Assembly (NCBI GenBank): GCA_965248445.1
Contig: CBDFJG010000001.1
Span: 192,001 to 256,000, forward strand
Reading direction: 5' to 3'
DNA: 64,000 nt
Source: Planctomycetota bacterium
GTDB taxonomy: Bacteria > Planctomycetota > JAJSAM01 > JAJVHW01
In this document: one piece after another, positions 27,181 through 40,460 of the stretch
How positions within the stretch are numbered: position 1 is the first letter of the stretch
How the letters are laid out: every line of letters starts with the position of its first letter
The notes under the pieces: generated by a model
The model's input: the letters and a program-made list of their open reading frames with translations, nothing else
Told to the model about the DNA's origin: nothing
Database searches by the model: none
Translations under genes and position numbers: made by a program

Positions 27181-27983
27181 CGTGCGTCCTTGGCCTTGAA
27201 GCGCGCTGGGTCGCCCAGCCAGGTCTCGATCAGCTTCCAGACGCGGCCGCCGGGCTGACTCTCGCGGTCCAGGAACTTGCTGACGGGCTGCGTCAGGGGC
27301 GAGCCCTTGCCGAACGCGATGCAGTAGTGGTCGGTGCCGAGCACCGTGTCGGGCACGCTCGTCTTGTCCGGATGTAGGCCATGCAGCTTGAGCACGGAGA
27401 CCATGTCGTAGACGAGTGCGTCGGCCCGGCCGCCGGCCACCTCGAGCGCGGCGTCGAGTTCACGGTCGTAGGAACGAATCGTGGCGCGCGGGAAGTGCTC
27501 GCGCGCCGTCTCCTCGCCCGTGGTCTTGCGCTGTACTGCAATCACGACACCCTCGCGGTCCAGGGTCGTCAGATCGGTGATCGTTCCCGCCCGCTGTGTG
27601 CTGAGCAACACACCCATTGCCATGCGGACGTAGGGCCGGCTGAAGTCGACCTGCTCCGCGCGCTCGGGGGTGTAGGAGAGGCCCGAGATGACGGCGTCGA
27701 CTCGGCCCAGGCGCAACTCCTCGAGCAGCGCCGCGAACTCGAGGTTGCGGAACTCGATGGGCCGGCCGAGTTCCTCGCCGACGGCGCGCATGAGCTCGAT
27801 GTCGAGCCCGACCAGGCTGCCGTCGTCGGCCACCGATTCGAACGGCGGGAACGCGGCCTCGGTGCCGACGACGAGCGGCTGCTGGCCGGCCGTGGCCGGA
27901 TCCTCCCTCCGGCAGCCGCCGACCGCGACGGCGACCAGCAGTGACGCAAGCAGCAGGGTCCGGCGGGAGGCTGTTCGTGGCAT
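27177..27983 (-). CDS. Polar amino acid ABC transporter substrate-binding lipoprotein
   Basis: Lipobox AVGGC; VGTEAAFPPFES, GLDIEL, TPERAEQVDFSRPY. Confidence 0.92.
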   Translation of the reverse strand: MPRTASRRTLLLASLLVAVAVGGCRREDPATAGQQPLVVGTEAAFPPFESVADDGSLVGLDIELMRAVGEELGRPIEFRNLEFAALLEELRLGRVDAVISGLSYTPERAEQVDFSRPYVRMAMGVLLSTQRAGTITDLTTLDREGVVIAVQRKTTGEETAREHFPRATIRSYDRELDAALEVAGGRADALVYDMVSVLKLHGLHPDKTSVPDTVLGTDHYCIAFGKGSPLTQPVSKFLDRESQPGGRVWKLIETWLGDPARFKAKDAR

Positions 27984-28288
27984 CGGGGCGGAGTGTAAAG
28001 CGCCGCGCGGGTCGGGAGAGGCGCGGATGTAACCAAACCGCCGCGGACGGCGTCCCCGAGCCGTCGAGTGTTGGGGGGGGGGCGGGGGTGGCAGTTTGCG
28101 GTCGCGAGGCCGGGCGACGGGCGGGAGCTTTTCGAGCCTGTCAGGGTCTCAGGACACCCCTTCGGTGACCGGAGGCTCGACCACGGCCTCGGCGGTTCCC
28201 CAGGGCGGGGCTCAACCCCGAGCCTCCGGCTGGCCGAAGAAAGGGAGCGTCCCAAGGCCGTCTGCCTCGGCCGAGATGGAGGAATCCG

Positions 28289-28555
28289 ATGAAGAAGACC
28301 CTGATCGCGCTGGCGGTTGCCAGCCTTCTCACGTCCGGCTGCTACACGTCGCGCCGCGTTGTCGGCGACGAACTGAAGGGCGGCATCACAAACCCCGCTC
28401 TCTGGGTGACGGTCCCGATCGACACCGTGATGGCGCCGTTCCAGATCCCCAAGTGGCTGTCGGACGAGACCGACCCCTGGACCCCCTGGGATCCGGACAC
28501 GATCCGCGAGGAGTACGAGTACTCCGACTGGGCGAAGCAGGGCTTCGCGTTCTAG
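28289..28555 (+). CDS. Small lipoprotein, unknown function
   Basis: GGAGG RBS; MKKTLIALAVASLLTSGC lipobox. Confidence 0.75.
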   Translation: MKKTLIALAVASLLTSGCYTSRRVVGDELKGGITNPALWVTVPIDTVMAPFQIPKWLSDETDPWTPWDPDTIREEYEYSDWAKQGFAF

Positions 28556-28963
28556 CCCTCGCGGGACGCCTCGGCACCCACGGATGCCCCCCGGCCGGAC
28601 GGCCTAGGAGAGCTCGCTCTCCGGTCGCCCGGCCGGCGCTCCAGTGGGGCCCTCGGTAACCGATTCGGCGCTTTTTGTGCACCGTCTCCTCGGGTTGACA
28701 CCCTCCGTCGGCGCAAACCCTGCCACGAGCAGGGTTTCGGTCCATGTGGGGACGTGCTGCGAGATGCCGGAAAGACCCCCACGCACCGAGATTCGTAGGT
28801 GTGCGCTCGCGCGCGTAGGTAGCCTCCGCGGCTTTATCGGGGGAAAGACGTCCAAAGTCCTCCTGACAGGCCTCGAAGCCCCTGCAGAGGGCCGCCACGG
28901 CGGGCCGCGACGCAGGATCTTCACGAGACCGGGACGCGACCCTCGAAAGCGCGCGTACTCCTC

Positions 28964-29179
28964 ATGACGGGCCCCAACGACCGGGCGGGAACATCGTGGC
29001 TTCGCTTCACTCACCTCGGCTTTCAGTACTGCCTGACCTTGCTGCTATTCGTAGCGGCGGGGATGTGGGCGGATCGTCGACTGGAGTGGGATCCGTGGCT
29101 CACGATCGCGGGGTCGGTGGTGGGGTTCGCGGCGGCGACGTATCTGATCGTCAAGCAGACGTCAGAGATCGGCCGCTGA
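28964..29179 (+). CDS. AtpZ/AtpI-family small membrane protein
   Basis: GMWADRRLEWDPWLTIAGSVVGFAA pattern; first gene of the atp operon. Confidence 0.8.
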   Translation: MTGPNDRAGTSWLRFTHLGFQYCLTLLLFVAAGMWADRRLEWDPWLTIAGSVVGFAAATYLIVKQTSEIGR

Positions 29180-29220
29180 CGCCGGCGTCGTTTGTCGAGC
29201 GCGTCTTCGGCACGGGCTCG

Positions 29221-29643
29221 ATGGCGCTGCTGTTCCTCGTACTGCTGTGGCTGGTCGCCGCCTACCGCGGATTCGACCCGACCGTCGCGCTCGGCCTCGC
29301 CGTCGGCACGTTCGTCGGGCTGGTCAGCCTGGTGGGCGAGATCGCCATTGTCGGGCGCTCGATGCGCAGCTTCGCGCGCAACGGCATCGGCGCGACGCTC
29401 ACGACCTTCGGCATGCGACTCGCCACCGTCGGGATGCTCGGCGTCTGGTTCCTGGTGCTCGACGCCGTCGACGCTGAGGCCTTCTGCCTGAGCTATATCT
29501 CGACCTTCTTCGTGTACATGTGCTGGCTCACGTGGCGCTACCACCGCGAGCCGGTGCACTACACGCCTGCCAAGGCGAAGAAGTACATCAAGTACGACGA
29601 CAAGCCGAGCGTTCGTGACCTGGTCCGCGGGGGTGTCGCGTGA
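29221..29643 (+). CDS. ATP synthase subunit I-like membrane protein
   Basis: Four hydrophobic segments directly before atpB (GTGA overlap); start uncertain. Confidence 0.65.
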   Translation: MALLFLVLLWLVAAYRGFDPTVALGLAVGTFVGLVSLVGEIAIVGRSMRSFARNGIGATLTTFGMRLATVGMLGVWFLVLDAVDAEAFCLSYISTFFVYMCWLTWRYHREPVHYTPAKAKKYIKYDDKPSVRDLVRGGVA

Positions 29644-30467
29644 ACGCGCTCCTCGCCGCCGGCGACCCGTTCGAGCACACGTGGAACACGTGGCACATCC
29701 ACTTCTACCGGTGGGACCTCGACCTGCGGGCCATCCCGGGCTTCGAGGCGCTCGGCATCACGAACTTCGTGGTCGTGATGGGAGTGGTCGCCCTGCTGCT
29801 CGCCCTGGTCGGCCGCAAGATCGGCAAGGAGGCCGCGAAGGCGTCCACCGAGGGCCGCATGCCGCGCACGCTGACGCACCTGTTCGAGGTGTTCGTCCAG
29901 TTCATCCGCGACGACATGATGAAGCCGAACATGCCGCACCACTACAAGCGTGAGGGGTTCATCGGGCTGTTCTGCACGATGTTCTTCTTCATCCTGTTGT
30001 GCAACCTGATCGGTCTCCTGCCGCAGCCGTTCGGACACACCGCCACCGGCAGCTTCTGGATCTCAGGCGGACTCGCGTTCGGCGTCACGCTCATCGTGAT
30101 GGTGACGGCCGGCATGAAGGAGCACGGTCCTCTCGGACTCGTGGTTCACCTGGCGCCGCCGTCGCCGTGGTGGGTCCGGTGGCCGATGCTGCTCCCGATC
30201 GAGGTGATCGGCATCTTCGTGAAGCCGTTCTCCTTGACGATCCGGCTCGCGGCCAACATGACCGCGGGCCACATCATCCTCGCGGTTCTCTCCGGCTTCC
30301 TGACCGCTTCGGTCTCGTGGATGGTCGGCGCGCTGGTCTACCCCGCGAGTGCATTCGGCTTCGCCGCCATCACGGTCTTCGAGATCGTGATCGCCTTCAT
30401 CCAGGCATACATCTTCACAGTTCTGAGTTGCGTGTTCGTCGGCCAGATGGTGGCGCACGAGCACTAA
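29640..30467 (+). CDS. atpB: F0F1 ATP synthase subunit a
   Basis: NLIGLLP, KPFSLTIRLAANMTAGH, FIQAYIFTVLS. Confidence 0.95.
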   Translation: MNALLAAGDPFEHTWNTWHIHFYRWDLDLRAIPGFEALGITNFVVVMGVVALLLALVGRKIGKEAAKASTEGRMPRTLTHLFEVFVQFIRDDMMKPNMPHHYKREGFIGLFCTMFFFILLCNLIGLLPQPFGHTATGSFWISGGLAFGVTLIVMVTAGMKEHGPLGLVVHLAPPSPWWVRWPMLLPIEVIGIFVKPFSLTIRLAANMTAGHIILAVLSGFLTASVSWMVGALVYPASAFGFAAITVFEIVIAFIQAYIFTVLSCVFVGQMVAHEH

Positions 30468-30518
30468 TCACAAGGACGCGGTGCGACCCGGTTGGGCGCC
30501 CGCGAGGAGGTAGTTCCG

Positions 30519-30779
30519 ATGGAAGGACTTGGAATCGGATTTCTCGGTGCCGCGCTCGGCGCCGGTGCTGCCGCGCTGGCCGCGGCGTTCGGTATCGGCA
30601 AGATCGCGGCTGCGGCCTGTGAGTCGATCGCGCGCCAGCCCGAGGCTGTCGCGGACATCAAGGCCAACACGATCCTGACGGCCGCCTTCATCGAGGGTGT
30701 CTGCCTGTTCGCCTGCGTGATCGCGCTGCTGGTCAACGGCAACGTCCTCACGGCGATCGAGACGGTCACCGCCAAGTAG
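30519..30779 (+). CDS. atpE: F0F1 ATP synthase subunit c
   Basis: GAGGAGG RBS; ARQPE loop; FIEG (no Na+-binding Q...ES/T motif, so probably H+-coupled). Confidence 0.95.
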   Translation: MEGLGIGFLGAALGAGAAALAAAFGIGKIAAAACESIARQPEAVADIKANTILTAAFIEGVCLFACVIALLVNGNVLTAIETVTAK

Positions 30780-30958
30780 CCCGCTCCACCGACCGGTGCG
30801 CCGGTCGGTGAAGCGTGTGCGTACGCCCGGCTCCGACACCCGCGGGTGGCGGAGCCGGGGCGCGTGGACGGTGGCGCGTCGTGGGGACGGGCTGCCGAGT
30901 TGGAAGTGCGTAGAAGTGCGTGGATGCTCGGCATCCGACGCAGGTTGGGAGCAAGGGC

Positions 30959-31516
30959 ATGCTCTATCTGCTGCTAGCTGCCGAAGAGGGTGGCCACGGG
31001 GTGATCAGCCCCTTGGACTTGTTCCATCCGGCCAATCACAAGGCCGCGTTCTGGGCTCTCGGCATCTTCATCCTGCTGGTCTTCGTTCTGAAGAAGCTGG
31101 CGTGGACTCCGATCGTCGCGGGACTGAACGCCCGCGAAGACCGCATCGCCGAGAGCTTGAAGAAGGCCGAGGAGATCGAGAAGGCCACCGCGGAGCTCGC
31201 CGAGACGAACCGCAAGACCCTCGAAGAGGCGCAGCAGAAGGCGCAGCAGATCATCGCGGACGCCCGCGAGGCCTCCCGCACCGCGGGCGACGAGATCATG
31301 GCCAAGGCGCGCGCCGAAATCGAAGCCAGCCGCGATCGCGCCAAGCGCGAGGTCGCTCTCGAGATGGAGAAGGCCCGCTCGGAGTTGCGCGCAGAGACGG
31401 TCAACCTCACCGTCGCCGCGGCGTCGCGACTCGTCGGACGCAGCCTGTCCGGGGACGACCAGCGCCGCCTTGCGATGGAAGCGCTTCGCGATGCGGAAGA
31501 CGTGGCGAGGAACTAG
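30959..31516 (+). CDS. atpF: F0F1 ATP synthase subunit b
   Basis: FWALGIFILLVFVLKKLAWTPI..LNARE.RI followed by a coiled coil. Confidence 0.93.
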   Translation: MLYLLLAAEEGGHGVISPLDLFHPANHKAAFWALGIFILLVFVLKKLAWTPIVAGLNAREDRIAESLKKAEEIEKATAELAETNRKTLEEAQQKAQQIIADAREASRTAGDEIMAKARAEIEASRDRAKREVALEMEKARSELRAETVNLTVAAASRLVGRSLSGDDQRRLAMEALRDAEDVARN

Positions 31517-31524
31517 AGGCACGC

Positions 31525-32103
31525 GTGGCCAATCCCAGTGAACCTGCTGCCCGCGTCTACGCCGGGGCGCTCGTCCAGGTCGGTCACGAGACCGGTCAGA
31601 TGGGCGCGATCTACCGAGACCTCATGGCCGTCGCGCGCATGTATGCGGATGACGACTGGTTCCGGAACTTCTTCACGTCTCCGCGCATCGACCGGGAGGT
31701 GAAGTGGCGTGCAGTCCTCGCGGCGTTCGAGGGACAGGTCGGCCGTCCTGTCCTGGGGCTTCTCAAGGTCCTCATCACGAAGGGCCGCGCGGCGCTCCTC
31801 GACAACGTGGCGGGCCAGTTCGAGAAGTACCGCGACGAGGCTGAGAACCGCATCCACGCGCACGTGACCCTGGCGACGGAGCTCCCCGCCGCGGACCTGG
31901 ACGCTCTGCGCGGCCGCCTCGAACGCACGAGCGGCAAGACCGTCGAGATGCACGTCCACGTGCACCCCGAGGCGCTCGGCGGCGCCGCGATCCGCATCGG
32001 TGACCGCGTCATCGACCGAACTCTGCGCAAACGCCTATCGGCGCTCCGCGCGAACCTCCTCGCCACGGCCACCGCCAAGTCCGGCTCGGCCATCGCGAAC
32101 TGA
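31525..32103 (+). CDS. atpH: F0F1 ATP synthase subunit delta
   Basis: [26 protein letters not shown]. Confidence 0.9.
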   Translation: MANPSEPAARVYAGALVQVGHETGQMGAIYRDLMAVARMYADDDWFRNFFTSPRIDREVKWRAVLAAFEGQVGRPVLGLLKVLITKGRAALLDNVAGQFEKYRDEAENRIHAHVTLATELPAADLDALRGRLERTSGKTVEMHVHVHPEALGGAAIRIGDRVIDRTLRKRLSALRANLLATATAKSGSAIAN

Positions 32104-32126
32104 GCGAACAACCGGAGAAGAGTGCA

Positions 32127-33770
<1,644 letters not shown>

Positions 33771-33776
33771 AGCGCC

Positions 33777-36111
<2,335 letters not shown>

Positions 36112-36112
<1 letters not shown>

Positions 36113-36525
36113 TGGCGATCAGCTGCCGCGTCGTCTCCCCCGAGCGCCCTCTTTTCGAGGGTGAGGTCGAGCGTCTCGTGGCGCCCGGCACGGTGGGCGA
36201 ACTCGGCATCTACCCGCGTCACGCGCCGCTGATCGCGAAGCTCGGGCCCGGTGTCGTGCGGCTGCACGCGCCCGACGGCATGCAGAAGATCGCGATCCGC
36301 GACGGCTTCATGCAGGTGCGCGACGACGACGTCATCATCCTCGTCACCAAGGCCGTGCGCCCCGAGGACGTCGAGAAGTCGGACGTCGAGAAGGAACTCG
36401 AGATCGTCCTCGAGGAACTGCGCCACCCCGACAGCGAGGAGCGCTTCGCCGAGCTCCTCGACCGCCGCCGCTGGCTCAAGACCTGTCTGAAGGTCTACCG
36501 GGCGCCGCAGCTCATCGAGCGCTGA
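36112..36525 (+). CDS. atpC: F0F1 ATP synthase subunit epsilon
   Basis: VVSPE..LFEGEV, GELGIYPRHAPL. Confidence 0.93.
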
Positions 36526-36527
36526 GT

Positions 36528-37811
36528 TCAGCGCAGCAAGCCCTCGTCCGTGAGGAAGCCGGCCAGCGCCTCGGCCACGATGGCATGCCCGCGCGGCGAC
36601 AGGTGGTTGTCGTCGATGAAGCAACCGCCCTCGCTCGCGGCGACCACCGGCAGCAGGTCGAGCGTCGGCACGCTGTGCTCCCGCCCGAACGCGATGAGCC
36701 GTTTCTGCGGAGCGTCGTTGCCCTCCGGATCCTCCAGTTGCCACGCATAGGGAAACACGGCGATCGCGACTCGCACGTCGCGCTCTCGGCAGTTGTCGAC
36801 GATCTTGCCGAGCGACTCGAGGGTCAGTCCCCACGCCTCCTGGACGCGCGGGCTGTCCGTCTGATCGACGAGCGCCTGCGTGCGGCTCAGCTCTTCGCGC
36901 GCCGCCCCCGCCTGGATGTCGCTGCCGAAGCGGAGTCGGGCGGCTAGCGCGCGCGCTCCCCAGCCGATGCCGCTCGTGCGCCACAGCTCCCACAGTCGCG
37001 GGTTCTCCGTCGAGTGCTCGAGCTGAAAGCCCCGTCCCTGCCCGCCGAAGCGTTGCAGCGCGAACTTCTCGGTCACGTCGTTCAGCACGAAGCAGACGAC
37101 CACCAGATCCGGCTCGTAGCGGAACCCCTCGCTTGCGAGGTAGGCGTGCTCCTGCCACGGTGAGTAACCGCCGACGGCGGCGTTCACCGTCTCGACACTC
37201 ATGCGTTCGCCGGCCAGATACGGGAACACGTCGTTGTGGTCGGGGATGCCGAACCCGAACGTGACCGAGTCGCCGAGGTAGAGGATGCGCCGCGTGCCGG
37301 GCGGCTTCGCGTACTCGACCTCCGGTCCGCGCAGTCCCTTGCCGTTGACATGCACCTGGATGCCCATCCACGGGCCCTCGGCTCCGGGTCGCAAACGCCA
37401 GCCGAGCGATTCGTCCTCCATGAACAGCGTCGTCTTGAAGCTCTGGTCATGTGCCGCGACGGGCCGAAGGCCGAGTTCCACGACGACGAGGGGCACGACG
37501 ACGAGGGGCACGACGACGACAAGACCGCTGAGAAGCAGTCGCGCGACGACCGGTCGCGAGAACCACGGAGCGAGCCACGGCACACGCTGCACCGCCACGG
37601 ACGCGCCGATGAGCACGAGGCCGAGCAGTCCGAGCAGGCGTTGCGACGACCGCACGCCGGTGACGTCGACGGGCTCCATCGCGGCGTCCCCGACGACAGA
37701 GCGGAGGACCCCCTGATTGGCGACGAACGCAGCCACGATCAGCGTGATGCCCGCAGTCAGGAACAGCAGGCGTGCTGCACGAGGCATCGCCGGCGGCGCT
37801 TCTCCTGCCAT
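36528..37811 (-). CDS. Membrane-anchored SGNH/GDSL hydrolase
   Basis: N-terminal TM helices; LGDSVTFG, NAAVGGY, FVLND, DDNHLSPRGH. Confidence 0.85.
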   Translation of the reverse strand: MAGEAPPAMPRAARLLFLTAGITLIVAAFVANQGVLRSVVGDAAMEPVDVTGVRSSQRLLGLLGLVLIGASVAVQRVPWLAPWFSRPVVARLLLSGLVVVVPLVVVPLVVVELGLRPVAAHDQSFKTTLFMEDESLGWRLRPGAEGPWMGIQVHVNGKGLRGPEVEYAKPPGTRRILYLGDSVTFGFGIPDHNDVFPYLAGERMSVETVNAAVGGYSPWQEHAYLASEGFRYEPDLVVVCFVLNDVTEKFALQRFGGQGRGFQLEHSTENPRLWELWRTSGIGWGARALAARLRFGSDIQAGAAREELSRTQALVDQTDSPRVQEAWGLTLESLGKIVDNCRERDVRVAIAVFPYAWQLEDPEGNDAPQKRLIAFGREHSVPTLDLLPVVAASEGGCFIDDNHLSPRGHAIVAEALAGFLTDEGLLR

Positions 37812-37844
37812 CCGCGGAGTCTACCGGTCGGTCTGCCGGGACGC

Positions 37845-39185
37845 TCAGGGGCGCAAACGGTCGTAGGTCGCGCGCTCTTCGAGCAGCACTGCGCGGGCTA
37901 GCGGGAGAGGAACGACCCCGAGGCCGAGCAGCCGGTCGTGGAACTCGCGGAGTGCGGCCTCGCCGTGCTGCGCGATGTACGCGTCGCGCGTGGACTCGAT
38001 GATGCGGCGGCCGATCTCGTAGCTGAGCGCCTGGGTGGGGCGGTTCAGGTACATGCGCACCTCGCGGATTGCGGCGCGGCGGGACATGCCGCTCTCCGTG
38101 ATCAGGTTCTCGACCACCTCTGAGGGCTTCATCCAGCCGCTGTGGAGTGCGGGGTCCGCGTCGCAGCGCACGGCGCGCCACGCGCGCATGCGGAGTGCAG
38201 CCAGCCGGTCGAGCGGACCGTCCAGGCCGCCCATGCGTTCGATCAGGCCCTCGGAGTAGAGACCCCAGCCCTCGACGTAGACGCTGTTGTAGGCGAGTTT
38301 GCGCACCGGGCGCTTCACGCGGGCGGCGTGCGTGAACTGCAGGTGATGGCCGGGGAACGACTCGTGCGCAGTCACCACGCGCATGAAGTGCTGGTCGAAG
38401 TCACGCAGCCACTCTGCCTTGTTCGCAGCGTCGAGGTTGGGCGGCAACGGCGCGAGTGTGTAGTGGCCCCGGAAGACCCCGTTGTCGAAGCGGCCCGGCT
38501 GATACGCCGCGAAGGCGTACGGGAACTGCGATCCGGCGCCGCTCACTTTCAGGCCCTTGCCGCCGTCGGGGATCGAGACCAGCCCGGATCGGAGCGTCGC
38601 GTCGCGCGCGTGCGCGACTGCCTGGCGGGCGTCCTCGACGAGTTCCTCGTACGTCAACGGGCGGTCGACCTGCGCGCGACCGAGCAGGAACTGCCAGTCG
38701 TCGGCACCGTTCTCCTTCGCGTGCTCGACGAGCATCTTCCGTGCGCGCTGGCGGGCGTCGAGACCGATGGCGCGCACGGTCTCGGCGTCGAGGGACAGAC
38801 CGTGCGTGTAGCGCAGTGCCCACTCGAAACGCTCGCGACCAACCGGCCGGAGTCCCTCGCGCTCGAACAGGAGGTCGATCTCGTGTGCATCGTCGGGTAG
38901 AGGAGCACCAGCGGCGTCCCTGCCGCGCGGATATGGGTTGAGTGCGCGTTCCACCGCCATGAGCGCGCAGTGGAGGTCCACCCACTCGTCGTCGTCGAGT
39001 GCGTCGCGGTCCAGGGCTGCGAGCTTCGCGCGATAGGTGACCACGCGATCTCGCTCGCGCGTCGTCAGCACCTCGGTGTCCAGCGTCTGCAGCAGCGTCC
39101 GCAGATCGGCCTTGGCCGTGTCCTGCCCGCCGGCAACCGGGGCCAGGACGAACAGCAGCACGATCAGGAGGAGGGAGCGGCGCAT
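37845..39185 (-). CDS. DUF885 family exported protein (metallopeptidase-like)
   Basis: Signal peptide; HESFPGHHLQ, YVEGWGLYSE, WRAVR..D..LH, PTQALSY..G, FHDRLL. Confidence 0.88.
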   Translation of the reverse strand: MRRSLLLIVLLFVLAPVAGGQDTAKADLRTLLQTLDTEVLTTRERDRVVTYRAKLAALDRDALDDDEWVDLHCALMAVERALNPYPRGRDAAGAPLPDDAHEIDLLFEREGLRPVGRERFEWALRYTHGLSLDAETVRAIGLDARQRARKMLVEHAKENGADDWQFLLGRAQVDRPLTYEELVEDARQAVAHARDATLRSGLVSIPDGGKGLKVSGAGSQFPYAFAAYQPGRFDNGVFRGHYTLAPLPPNLDAANKAEWLRDFDQHFMRVVTAHESFPGHHLQFTHAARVKRPVRKLAYNSVYVEGWGLYSEGLIERMGGLDGPLDRLAALRMRAWRAVRCDADPALHSGWMKPSEVVENLITESGMSRRAAIREVRMYLNRPTQALSYEIGRRIIESTRDAYIAQHGEAALREFHDRLLGLGVVPLPLARAVLLEERATYDRLRP

Positions 39186-39235
39186 CCAGCCCTCATTCTC
39201 GCGTACCCCGGAGGCTCCCGAGTAGGGTCCCGTGC

Positions 39236-39631
39236 ATGTTGCGCCGAACGCTGCTCCCCGTCCTCCTCGCGACCGCCGTCCTCCTGCCTGCCTGCGTCAA
39301 CGCCCGGTCGACGTGGAGGACGACCAAGCAGCTGCCACCCATCCCGGGGGGTGAGCCCGTGCCGCTCTATCTTGCCGCGACCTCGCCGCAGTGGGTCCGC
39401 AACGTCCTGGCGCCCTACGCCGAGTCCACCGCTGCGGCACCGTGGGGCGCGCTGCCCGTCGCGGAGATGGAGGCGAAGCTCGGGATGTTCGGCTCGTGGA
39501 GCACGGCGGTCAACGGCGTGCGCGACTCGGCGCGCAAGGCGGGCGCGGACACGATCGTCGCCTCGGGGACGGCGGAGTACGACGCCGCGCAGATCGTGTT
39601 CTTCCGCCTGCTGCGGCTCGCGAACTACTGA
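39236..39631 (+). CDS. Hypothetical lipoprotein
   Basis: MLRRTLLPVLLATAVLLPAC lipobox-like. Confidence 0.6.
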   Translation: MLRRTLLPVLLATAVLLPACVNARSTWRTTKQLPPIPGGEPVPLYLAATSPQWVRNVLAPYAESTAAAPWGALPVAEMEAKLGMFGSWSTAVNGVRDSARKAGADTIVASGTAEYDAAQIVFFRLLRLANY

Positions 39632-39635
39632 CCAG

Positions 39636-40246
39636 CTATTCGATCGGGCAGACGCAGCCCGGCGTACCGCAGTCCGCGCACCCGAGGTCGAACTCGGCGG
39701 CGCTCACCGCGCCGACGCTGCCTGCATCCCCGCCGCCGAGCGCCTCGCGAATCTGATCCTCAGCGTCGTAGACCGACATGCTCCCGGCCCACACCACCTT
39801 GCCGTCGGGCCCGATCAGGCAGCCGTGCGGCAGATACCCGAAGTTGAAGTCGTGCAGAGTTCGGCCGGTGGGGTCGATGCCGACCGGGAACGGCAGCTGT
39901 TCCTTCTGCGCGAACGCCGCGACCTCGGCGGCCGTGTCGTCGTGGTCGCCCAGCGGAACGTGGACGGTCAGCACCTCGAGTTCGGTGCAGCAGTACTGCG
40001 CCGTGATCTGGCGCATCTCGGGGATCTTGTCGAGGCAGTGCGGGCAGTGCATTGACCAGAACTCGACCAGCAGATGCTTGCCCCGGTTGCCCGCGACCGA
40101 CGTGTCGCGGTGCTCGTGTTCACCCAGGAGGCGACGGACAGCTCGGGGGCAGCCACTCCCTGCTCGAGGCCGTCGGTGAGCGCGCACCCCGTGAGGCCCG
40201 CGAGACTGATCGCGAGCGCAAGCACGGCGGCGGAGAGGGTCTTCAT
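39636..40246 (-). CDS. TlpA/redoxin-family lipoprotein with Cys-rich tail; apparent 1-nt frameshift near 40110
   Basis: Frame 1 MKTLSAAVLALAISLAGLTGC...APELSVASWVN; frame 2 RGKHLLVEFWSMHCPHC...LPFPVGID...LIGPDGKVVW; joined by adding one base in ACCGCGAC. Confidence 0.8.
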
Positions 40247-40460
40247 GGCGCGCTTCACTTCGCTGTCCTCGTGCCGGTGGGACCGATGGCGGTACCGTCT
40301 TGGATCGACCGGCTCCCGGTCTACCTTCATCTGGCCACCTTCACCCGCGGCTGGCTCGATGAATCGGAGGTCCGGAGGCCCCGCTCCCCCGAACAGCGTT
40401 CTAGCGATGGATGTTCCCGTTCGCGAGACCGCTCTCTCCGCGGAGTAGGATCCGTCCGGT

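Noticed and set aside
28556..28963. TTGACA at 28695 and hairpins in the atp leader as a regulatory RNA
   Set aside because: No matching -10 element at 16-18 bp and no recognisable motif; hairpins are expected at this GC content.
30519..30779. Na+-translocating or N-type ATPase
   Set aside because: Subunit c lacks the Q...ES/T motif, and the gene order is the standard atpBEFHAGDC.
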